A stretch of 64,000 nucleotides of DNA from Pseudovirgaria hyperparasitica. Its lineage: Eukaryota. Below the pieces are notes generated by a model that saw nothing but the letters and a program-made list of their open reading frames with translations, searched no databases and had not been told where the DNA came from. This document shows, piece by piece, positions 51,528 to 62,800 of this stretch. Each line of letters opens with the position of its first letter. The first letter of the stretch is position 1. The stretch lies in assembly GCA_010093815.1 (NCBI GenBank), contig ML996565.1; one strand, given 5' to 3'. The position numbers and the translations under genes were made by a program.

Positions 51528-53578
51528 CCGCCGGATCAGGCTTAGTGCTATTACATGCCATCCCATTGGGTACGAACAGCGAGCGCAAATTCGATTTTTG
51601 CGATTTCAGCATTGTCCATTTGTCCATGGTCGGCTCTGTGCGCTACAGATAGGCGTTACAATTATACATCCTGAACATATGAGCTCAAGTGTTGACATAA
51701 TCTGAACCCGGACAATCGCAAGACTAATGACACGTTGTACTGATTCTCCAAAGCATTACTTGCTCGATCAGCAAAATATGATGACAAGAAAGAGAGCGTC
51801 TACGCTCAGCTTGGACTAAGGAGCTCTCAGGTGACTAGTGAGAGATATCCTGAGTGCGGAGATTACACGAATGTTTTGCACATATATCCATCCGCGTTGT
51901 GATAACTCTTCAAGAACATCACATAAACAATCAATTACGAACATCAACGACACCTCACAAACGCAACCCCTTGATAATATGAATGGTATATACTGTAGTC
52001 CATGTTGCTGGGCAACTACATGGCGTACGCGTACATCCTTTAAGGATGCCATTGATGTCATGATCAGCCTGGCCACGAAGGTTGATGACAGTACGTTATG
52101 TTGGCAGAAACGAACATGAATCTTGCAATCCTTCCGTCCACAGCAAAGGTCCAATGCAATCTGTATTAATAAGCAAGTATCGAGTTGCCATAAGCGGTCG
52201 CAGCCGCAGGGCTACCCAGGTGGCCCTTTCAATCTTGGTGTGCATAGATAGAATCTCCTTAGCGAGACTAGGTGGCAGTCCACAGTTCTGGAAGTCTGCA
52301 GTATGCTGATCTTTCATATCTCTCCGAATCTATAACATGCAAGGCCACATAACGAGCCGGGCACTGGATTGGCGCTTCAGAACGGTATCTTTCGCGCTCA
52401 TCACTCCCTTTTGTGATGCGGGGTATGGTACCTCCCTGCTATGCATTCACTGAAATGGCCTATCTAAGTATGGGCCGTTATCGTGTATGACACCCTCAAG
52501 GATTCGACCTGGTGGGTGAGACTTGGCATTTTTATACTTAAGCCGGTGCATAGAACGATGGCTACTGGCGAGAGAAACATTCTATCCCATACAGGAGTCT
52601 CATCAATCATGTAATGTCTAGCAGTACGGCAACAGATATGCTGTCCAGCTCAGTGCTACTGCACACTGAAACGAACAGATTGCTCATATGTCACTGGAGA
52701 GTGTAAGGCATACAATCAAGTACCGAATAGCTAGCGGTCGACCAAATGACCTGCACGGTACTGCAAGATGTCAGCTAGACCTGCCTGCAGCTATGGTGAA
52801 ACGCTTCTCTGTCCTTCCAACAGGGTTTTATACCCTCAGTGTGGGTGGTAAAGAAGTCGACTAGACCGTTTCGTTATTACTGCACATTTTCCGAAACAGG
52901 GATAAGCGAAAACATGCTAGCAACTCGGTTCCCTTCCTGGTCGAGGTCGCTGTGAAGAGGTGCGGTATCCACAGGAAGTTTTTGACACGGAATGATCCAG
53001 AGAGTGGGCCTATACGCCGATGTCATGGACACGTTCCGGAAATCCTGCTGGATGTAGTCTTCCAAATAGAGAAGTTTAGCTAAAGGAAGTCGCCGTCACC
53101 AACGAAGACAAGCTACTCAAGACACCAGCATTTGCTTCATGGATATAAATAGAGTTCGCGGGGTTGTGCCGTGTCGGGATGTGATTGTGGGGGCTGTCCT
53201 GAAACCGTAGCCCCCAAGGCCCTATTCCTCTTACTACGCCTTAGGAATACACCTCAGGAGCCACTAATCCTTGAAGGTGTCCGATACCATGGATCCACAC
53301 GGTGATCACCCACGGTCGAGCATCAGAGCGAGCATCGGCCCAGTGCAAGGCTCCCTATCGTTTGCCGAGCAGATCTCATGGATCTGCTCACCGTAAATTG
53401 TCTGACATACCCTTTGATCCCTACCCTACCCATGATCCAAATTTGTCCTCTCTGGTCTGCTGAACTGCTGATCGACTATGAGTTGTAGGTGGTGCGCATT
53501 GTTCCCTCATACCATACTTTCACTTTGGCATAGTTGGGATGCCATTTGTTTTACGGCCCCGCGATAAGGCTAAACACA

Positions 53579-54927
53579 ATGTTAGCAACACGCAGAAGCC
53601 TGGTATCACTCGTCTTTCTTCAGACCTGGATGTCCGCAGTAGACGCCACACCGAATGCGCCGTGCTATTATCCCGGTGGAGAGTCGGCTCTGCTTTACCA
53701 ACCGTGCAATCCGTTTGCCTTTACATCAGCCTGTTGCCCCTCTGGCTTCACCTGCTTCTCCAATAACGTATGCATACTCACTGATCCAAATGCAACGACG
53801 ACCAATGTTCCGCTCGGTACGGCTTTCAGGCCTACATGCACAAATCCAAATTTCAATACGAGACTCTGTGGAAATTACTGTCTAGGTACGAAGTCCTATG
53901 CTTGATGAGCTCTTCTGCTAATCGATAACGCAAACCAGACCGTGGTAGTAGTGGAGAGCTCACCGCTTGTGGCAATGATACCTATTGCTGCAGGTACGAC
54001 GAATTGAATGGAGACTGTGACTGTGACAGTAGAAAGGGTACATTCGTGATAGAGCCTGGTGAAGCTGAAACTATTATTAATGCCCCGAATCTGACCCTCA
54101 CGACCATTCCGCCAGTAACCAGAAGTTCCACCATAGCTTTGACCATCGCGACGACAACTCCGCACTCGAATTCGGCATTGACAACACAAAGCCCAACGTC
54201 CAACGCTGCGGTAAGCAGCCCTGGAAGTACCGGATCAACTTCAGTCCCCGTAAACACTGGCGAAGACATCACAGACACCACAAGATTCAAAGTCGGCGTT
54301 GGAATCGGTTCCGCTGTTGCTGGCCTCCTCATTCTCGGGCTTATCCTCTGGTTCTGTGTCCATAAACGACGGAAAAAGACATTCAAAGACCAACCACCAA
54401 TACCACCACCATATCCGCAACTTACACGCGCCTATTCCCAGCACAGCGAGACCCGATCCGAAGCTCCACCTCGCATGTCGTACCAATCCATCCATGGCCA
54501 GGGTCCTGTAGCCCAAGCTGGCCCTCTGGCTCATACCTATCCTCATCCCCGCGATATGCACCCCGCTGGCTATACGCAATACCCTTATCCCGGATCCGGT
54601 CCACTCAATTCCAACCCACATGCCATGGGTACGCCACATCACATGTCGCAGCAGTTCGGACACGACATTGGCGAAGGTGTGCCGGACATGTACACGCATC
54701 TGCGGCCTGTGTCTGAAGTCACCGAGCCTTCCAGCACGAGTGGTATGAGCGGCCCTTCCCCGGTCAGCGACCGCAATAGTAGAAGCTTCAATACCCCGTA
54801 TCTGACGGTGGATCTGAGAGGTGATCCGGGTCACGAGGAGCCAGGAGAGCCGATTTCGAGCCCGATAAGTCCGATGTCGAGTTTAAATAGGGGCCAGAGG
54901 ACACAATGGTACGGGAGACCTTCTTGA
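53579..54927 (+). CDS. Single-pass type I membrane protein: signal peptide, Cys-rich ectodomain, Ser/Thr stalk, TM, cytoplasmic tail (Mid2/Wsc-like sensor layout), about 431 aa
   Basis: Exons 53579-53885 and 53939-54927. CYYPGG..C..CC..C..C..CT..C..C..C..YCC; Thr/Ser-rich region; VGVGIGSAVAGLLILGLILWFCV followed by HKRRKK. Confidence 0.82.
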
Positions 54928-56350
54928 GCAGAGTGTTGTGCAAGGTACCGACATATCTAGCTTCTGGTGCGCTGAGTTCTAGAGGACTCTCTGTGGTGGT
55001 CCTCGGCATAGTCAGGTCATATGATCACCCCTCGCGACCAGTGGGAGTACTTGAGAGCACAGAGCAAGAGCATTCAGGCTGAGCCTCACCACAAATCCTC
55101 CTAGTCTCGAAGGTGATGGGCCGAGAAGCATGTCGAACACAAGCAACATCACGAAATCATCACGACCGTCCCTGGATCCTCTGGCCAAGGATGATTGATA
55201 GCCAAGTAGTCATGCATAATCAACATCTGTCCGGTACCAATGAAGATGAAACCAACCTCGACAGGAAAATCCGCCGATGCTGAGAGTGGTGCAATCAAAG
55301 CCATGGATCTATGAGACGCTCAACAGTTCAAGGAGAATATCCTTGACTCACTGAAACTCAAAGCAGAGTTGTGTTGATAGCGTACCACTCCGAAAACAGC
55401 CACTCACGTCGTTGTGGTCACATTGAGTAGTACTTTCCGCGCTGTAAATTGCCATAGCACGGAAAAATTCGCCCGTGAGAAAGACTTTCGTGAAGCTGAT
55501 AAGGTTGGAGAGATTTATCGAGGTGAGCAGGCACAGCTAAGCCCGCAAGTCAATGTTTTGAGGTTCGCCCGAGGAAGGGATCACCCACTACGCAACGAGC
55601 TATCAAAAGTTATATTGGGAAGCTTGATCACTACTGAAACTACTTCATGGGGCTGAATGCAAAGATCTTTCGTGAGATGGGTTTCGAACGAGCATTCCTG
55701 ATGCTTTTCCTTTATATATATATTATACTTCGCCATATCCATATCTATCTCAGGTGACCTTGCTTGAGGTGGTAACTAGAATGTAAATGAAACTATGAAA
55801 TATCAAATTTGGGCAAGCAGCATGCCGAGCAACGCACGGTCTGTCCTCTAAGGGGCAATCCCAGCATGTGTTAGTACGAGCGTACATAAGGCAATAAACA
55901 TCGACGGGGATGTACCAACATAATCATAGGGCTATACCCATAGAAGGCAGTCTGTTGATATCTGCATCGCGAAAATAGATTCTCCCAAAAACGCATTTAT
56001 CCAAGTTTTATATACCTATAACAACTCCTTAAATAGTATCTTGTGTTCGTATCTATAGAAACTCAGTATTATAGACTTTGTCTTTACCTTATCCTGGTTA
56101 TTAAATAACAGGATACCCGGATCAGAAATAAGGGGCACAGGAGAGGAGCGAGGATCGAGCAGACACAAGCTAGGGGTATCATATAACTGCGTAACCCTCC
56201 TATAAGCACAGGGTTCGATACAGCTATAAAATTATGCGCTTAGCATGATTCATAAAAGCATCGATCTATTGATATAATAACACTTCATTAATCATTTATG
56301 CTAAGACAAGGCCCTAGTCAAGGGACTGTAGCTATGTAAAGCACGCGTTC

Positions 56351-57640
56351 TCAATACCAACCGTTATATAACAACCTGTTCGGGCTCCCAGGCCCCGCAT
56401 CCGAGATAATCCATGTCATTTGTAGGCAACTCAATAATCCTATCTGCCACAGCCTTGGGCGTCTTCAAACTTTCAAGAGCCTGCAGATAGAGCGCAAGCC
56501 TAGAAACAAATGCAGCATTCGTACTGGTCCCACTCAGAATTTCCACGCGAGTATTAAACCCGTTGTTGCCTCTCCAGAAAGGCGACCTCACCAAGTGACC
56601 AGGAGCAAAGACATCTATAGCCTCACCAAAATCCGAACCTCCCACGCGTCTATCATGTGCATCCGTCGCCCCCACGGTGATGCACTGGGGCATGTACCCT
56701 GGGCCTTGTGATGAAGCATTCACAATCAAATTACCGGCTGCTACGACAGTGATCACACCTTTGTCGTATGCTGTTCTTATGGCGTCATGCCAGAGGACTG
56801 AAGCATCTCCACCGAAGTACAGGTTGATGACGGCACGCGTGGTGCGACCCTTCTCGATAATGTCGTTGACAGCCCTAAATAGAATATCAGAAACGACCCG
56901 TAGCCATGGTAGGCGTATGGGTCACGTAAGAGGGAAAGTATGAACCAGTCAGGATCCGTCCAGGGCTGAGGACAATGGTCCGCCGTCTATGCCCATCACT
57001 TTGACAGAGATGAGCTGGCATTTTTTCGATACACCATATTTTCAGAGCACATTATACCTGCAACGTGCGTCCCCATTTCCTGCATCATCTTCAGGGGGTT
57101 CATCAGTTTGGTTGAAGTTGTGCCCATACTGGGCTCGTCCGTTGAACTCGACATGTGAGGTCTGAATGCCAGTATCTCATACATATCCATACGTGCCGTT
57201 TCCAGCGGTGCTATCATAGGTACATATAAAAGGACCCTTTGGACTTCTCCGTGGTGAGCAGCGGGAGATTGTATCTAGACCATAGGTTGCGTATACCTAG
57301 GACTTGAGAAACCTCTTTTAAAATAACTCATGGATCTTGCAATACAATGAGTTGCTCAACAGGGGGTTTATAAAATTTGTGGATCACCTCTCACCAAAAT
57401 TCATCCATTTCACACTTCGAATAGTAGCTTTATCCTACTATGACTCCAGGATTAAAATATTAGTATATGCCTCTCATAATTTGTAAGGTTTTAGGACATC
57501 TAAACGTGGTGAAAATATATGATTAGTGAGCTCCTCGCCTAGAAAGAGCTTTTCACGACTTCTGCCCCCTTGATGGTCGTAGCTGAAATTTGAGGATATG
57601 GGCTCCCTTGCCGTCATCATATTTGATGAAGACAACACGA
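56351..57640 (-). pseudogene. Proteinase K/oryzin-type subtilisin (S8A) pseudogene
   Basis: YGLDTIS, YDSTAGNGTYGYV*DTGI (TGA at 57179-57177 just before the catalytic Asp), frameshift at the His motif (..THVAG), AVINL..GG, VVAAGN, degenerate SGTSTNAAFV, frameshifted GSPNRLLYNG end. The 5' boundary is approximate. Confidence 0.85.
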
Positions 57641-58263
57641 ATGTTGCTGCGCAAATTTCTGTCTAAGCCTTTGAGCGCTTCGGCAACCGGAGTTTCAGTG
57701 TAGGAATCCACACACCTTCAATGAGAGGAGCCCGATAATTCGGAGGTTAATTGAAGTTTTATATGGGCCCTAGGGTCTATAGGGATACCTTCTGTACACA
57801 AAGATAAGGGTTCAATCTTTGTTGGTCGCCGTTAGCACATGTTGCTTCCGTCACCTAAGAGTCACTAGAAGTCACTAGGAGGGCTTGATTTACCAGTTTG
57901 CTCATTCCATCATGACCTAATCACATATAAACTTACCTATGCAAGTATGAAATGACAGGTGGAAGACGCGACTAAGCTGTCCAGTCTAGGGAAACTCGGA
58001 TGACTTTGAGCGAAGTCTACATCTATTATGGGTCCACGCCCTGTAGTCCCAAATAGGTTAGCGCAAAGTGAGCCCAGAAAGATGATTGGTGCCTTTCTTC
58101 ATTCCAATCTGACTGGAACTTTATGTGAACCTGGAGCAGAAGTTATAAGAGAAGGCTTGCGGCTTTCCTTCAATGATCTCAAGCCTGTCAGTTGCATGAA
58201 GCAGCTTCTGCACTTTACTTACGACCTTCGCCGATTCCCCCATTTTGAACATCGTTGTTCACA

Positions 58264-58977
58264 ATGTCAACGACATCAGCAACATTCTTGCAGAGCGCTC
58301 AAATCCAGGAGGATGTATTCGAGCTCTGACCAGACTACCGTGTCCTTCTACTCGTGATCGAAGGGATACCACAAGGCCCAAGTGATGCGACATCTGAAAG
58401 CCTCTTGGTTGAAACCGAATCAGTAGTACAGACAATACTATTGACGCAGGCCGTCACTAGTATTCCACATATTGTTTCATGGCGTGAAGCGTACAAGGCC
58501 TTTGGCGCGAAGACTAAGAAAGATCGATGCAGTCTTGAATCATTGATGCGACGTTGCACGACTGGTCTCCCACGCATCAACAGATTGACGGATATCTACA
58601 ATGCTATATCGATTAAGTATCAGATTCCTTGTGGTGGAGAAGATCTGGACGCGTACAGCGGTCCACCCCAGCTCAAGCGCATGTCAGGATATGAACATTT
58701 CGAGACAGTTGTAGGAGGCGAAAAAGTGACAGAATTGCCGCCTGATGGAGAGGTTGCGTGGTGCGATGATGCAGGAATCACATGTCGGCGCTGGAACTGG
58801 CGACAGTGCTCGCGAACTCGTATCACTGACAGAACAACGAGGGTCCTGTTTATCCTGGATGCGTTGGAACCTTGCTCGGATGACAATCTAGAAGCAGCTG
58901 CTGATGAGCTTGTGGAGATCATTGGCAGCCTATCCCCAGATGTAAAGACAATGCGAAGGATGATTCAGAAGGCGTAG
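58264..58977 (+). pseudogene. Free-standing B3/4 (PheRS-beta editing-domain-like) gene with one in-frame TGA at codon 22; recent pseudogene or readthrough gene
   Basis: ATG 58264: MSTTSATFLQSAQIQEDVFEL*PDYRVLLLVIEGI (TGA 58327-58329). The rest is intact: WREAYKAFG, SLESLMRR, LPRINRLTDIYNAISIKY, GGEDLD, GEVAWCDD, TCRRWNWRQ. Confidence 0.8.
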
Positions 58978-59848
58978 GTCAGATGTATAAACATGTTGTG
59001 ATTGTTCCTGAGGGAGGATGTATCTTCTTGGTAAATAAACGTTAATTGCGAGATATTCCTTTGTTAAAGCATTATCAGTCTCCGTGATAGTCTTTCAAGC
59101 TCAGGAAACTGCATTCGCGCACTGGGCAACATGACGTTGACGCAGTCTGCCTATTGTCATGGGATCGGGTATTGCGAGTATGTATGCGACCCCCTCTCTG
59201 TGAACGTTCCTGCATTCCCAGTCATAAAATCAGTGTCTTGCGTGTCTGATGTGAGGTAACGAGTTTATAGTACGGAAGGGTGGTGAGTTATGGCAGTTGG
59301 GAAGAGAATGGACTGGGGTAATGTTAGCATATGCAGGCAACAGTATTGAATAGTCTTGATTTTAGGGAGGTCGTTTCTGACGTTGAAAGGGGGATACCAG
59401 TGGTAGATATCTGAAGTGATCCATTTAGTAGTACGCGATTTGTTCTTAGTAAGCGCTGACAGTAGCCACACGCGGTCATCCACACGGTGTGGTAAAGTTA
59501 ACATTAGTAAGCCACCAGGTATCACCGTATCAATACGAAAAAGCTCAACTCTTCTCTCTCTCTCTTTAGACGTTGCTATTTGGCTATCCCAACAGCCCTA
59601 GTCTATGCGTGTACAACAACGCAATTCTCTAGTCCGCCGGACTGGACAAGCAAGGATTTGAAAGTTAAGATGCTCGTGGTCAGCCAATATCTAAAGGCGG
59701 TGACGGTCGTGAGTACCTTGGACGCTGAGAGGTAGAGAATTAAGTGGGTCGCACCCTGAGTTTCACTCACCCAAACCCATTTCGTCGTTCAAGTGGCATC
59801 GTCCCAGCCATTTTACAACTTAATCGCCTCCTCGCCCGCCACTCAATT

Positions 59849-62800
59849 ATGCCCATCATAGATACCACAAAGGATTTATCAGCGCTCTTCACAAAGCAAG
59901 CAGAGACAACTCCCGATGCCCTCGCCTTAGATGATGATGGCACCTCGTATACCTACTCCGACCTCCACCAGAAGGTCGACGAGCTCGCACATCGCCTTAG
60001 ATGCCATCGTGTAGGGCGTGATAGCCTGGTCGGAGTGCTACTACCTCGTGGTGCCGACTATGTCATCGCTTGTCTTGCTGCCCTTCGAGCCGGTGGTGCC
60101 TTTCTTGTGCTTGAGTTGGCATATCCGACAGACCTCTTGACTGATGTCATTGAAGATGCAAATCCAGTTGTTATTTTAACCCAGAGGTCAGAGATTGGCA
60201 AGTTGAAGGATGGTGTTCAATTCATCGCCCTTGACGACACCGAATCTCAGCAAGATGGCCAAAGGTCCGATCAAGACCTTCCACCTTTACCAGCAGACGA
60301 CGATCTGGATCGATTGTCTTTTGTTGCATATTCCTCAGGGACAACTGGAAAACCGAAGGGCATAGCAAACCCACATCGTGCACCAGTCCTTTCATACGAC
60401 ATGAGATTTGCCATTAGTGATCTTCAACCCGGGGATCGTGTGGCCTGCAATGTCTTTTTTGTTTGGGAAATCATACGACCCCTTCTACGAGGTGCAACTG
60501 TGGTGCCTGTTCCAGACGAGACGAGCTATGATCCGGTATCTTTGGTGGAATTCTTATCATCAAAGAACATCACAGAGACCTTGATGACGCCTACACTGCT
60601 TGCTGCCGTCTTGGCTAGACATCCCGAGGTCGGCAGTCGGCTGGCTAAGCTCAAAACCCTGTGGCTGAACGGAGAGGTTGTTACGACTGATCTAGCACGC
60701 CGAGGACTCCAAGCGCTTCCGGGTACTCGATTACTGAACTGTTATAGCGCGTGTGAAACTCATGAAATCGCTTGCGGCGATATCGCTGAGATGCTCGAGA
60801 ACTTGGACGATGGAGTAGCATATTGCCCTGTTGGAAAACCTCTGGACCCGAAGAGAGTTTACATCCTAAACGAAAGTGGACAAAAGGCCGACGTAGGCGT
60901 GAGTGGTGAGCTTTTCGTTGGCGGTAACCTACTGGCTCGAGGCTACATAAACAGGCCGGAAACCACTGCCCGAGCCTTCACCGCAAATCCATACAGCTCA
61001 GCACCCGGTGCTCGTATGTATCGGACTGGTGATCTTGCGCGACTACTGCCCTCCGGTCTGCTGGAAATCGGTGGTCGTGTTGGCGCTATGATCAAATTGC
61101 GTGGGTATTCCGTTGTTCCTGGGAAAGTGGAGAATGCCATCACAACCCATCTGGCTGTAAAACACTGTGCTGTCATCGCACACGGAGAGGGGTTAGAAAG
61201 ACAACTAGTCGCATATGTTGTACGAGACAAGGATGCCACCCAATCACGCCCAGCCCTGGCTATAGATGAGGCGGGCTACAGTCCATCAGGGCGCAAAATG
61301 CTCTCTGCGTACCTTGCTCAGTATATGATTCCTGCATTATGGGTTCAACTCGATGAGATACCTACCCATGGCGTGTCTGGCAAGATTGATACAGCGCGTC
61401 TCCCTTCACCTCCCACACCGAAACCTCAAGCACCTGGTCAAAAAGCTGAGCGTGATCCCATAGATCTTGAAGACATTGCTGAGATATGGGCAATCACGCT
61501 GAACACTTCACGGGGTAACATTACACCAGAACATAGTTTCTTCGACCTGGGAGGACATTCACTACTACTGGCAGAGCTAGCTTCTCGTTTTAGTAAAATG
61601 TTCGGGTTCCGCGTACCTGCGAGCCGCCTCGCTTCTCCACCAACACTTAATGGTCATCTTGAGACTGTACGCGCCGTTAGAGATGGCCGTATCGCTGCTT
61701 TGCAAGCAGATCTTCCGGCTGTGCTGCGAGCAGACTCGGTTCTTGAGGATGACATCATTTCCAATGGGGCAAAGATGTGTTCGCTCCAGAATGCGAATAC
61801 CGTCCTTTTGACGGGCGGCACTGGATTTCTGGGCGCGTTCTTGCTCAATGAGCTCCTAGAGAGCACGTCAGCTCACATTCTTTGCCTTGTCCGATGCAAT
61901 GATCCGTCAGAGGACGATGTCCCAGCTGGCATTGCCAGGATTCGACGAAATATGATTGACTTTGGGCTGTGGAACGACGAGATCATGGAACGGATTGAGA
62001 TCATTCCAGCAAACCTTGCACGAAAGCAGCTTGGCCTGTCTTCTGGAGCATTTCAAGACATTGCATCTAGGACAGATGTCATTGTTCACGCCGCAGCCAC
62101 AGTCAATCTCGTCTATCCCTATGCTGCGCTTCGTGACGCCAACGTTGGCGGAACTCGCGAGATTCTTCGTCTTGCCAGCAAGGGCGGGTCTACTGTCCAA
62201 TACATCTCCAGTAACGGTGTACTCCCGCCATCAGCGGGAGGTTGGCCAGAAGAAGCCATGCTAGGCGTAGAGCATGTACATGAGAAGCTGCTTGACGGAT
62301 ACGGCCATTCAAAATGGGTCGCAGAGCAACTTGTTGTCGAAGCAAGTCGTCGCGGCATGCCAGTTAGGATCATTCGTGCCGGCACAATAAGCGGACACAG
62401 TACTTCCGGAGCATCTAATGCGTGGGACCTACTCAATGCCCTGTTCGTAGAATCTGTACGCATCGGATATTTCCCTGATGTACCTGGCTGGCGCGCAGAA
62501 ATGACGCCAGTCGACTTTGTGAGCAAAGCCATTGTTCATCTTGGTAATCAAACACATGCGGATCAGTTGGTGTTCCATCTCGGCGATCCAAACCCGATCC
62601 CAACAAAGGAGCTCTTCCAGCACTTGACTGACCTAGGCTATCCCACAGAACCACTCGAGTTCGATGAGTGGGTCGCGATGTGGAACGTGAAAAGAGGCGC
62701 GGCTAAAGGAGGTGACGGTGCCTTTACTGTCGATATCCTACGCAGCGGTATGCCAAGTATCGGGTTTCTCAAAGGCATCACTGTGCTCAACAATGTCGCA

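Noticed and set aside
51700..53400. Short ORFs suggesting a decayed gene
   Set aside because: No family motif recognisable; would need TBLASTN/BLASTX to support.
58315..58333. Intron (GT..CTGAC CAG) removing the B3/4 TGA
   Set aside because: Only 19 nt, branch point abuts the acceptor, removal shifts the frame, and it would delete residues that look conserved.
59715..59800. TPP riboswitch in the ATRR leader (GCTGAGA inside a putative intron)
   Set aside because: The downstream TGATC..GGTAATNCC.GCG core is absent and ATRR is not a thiamine gene.
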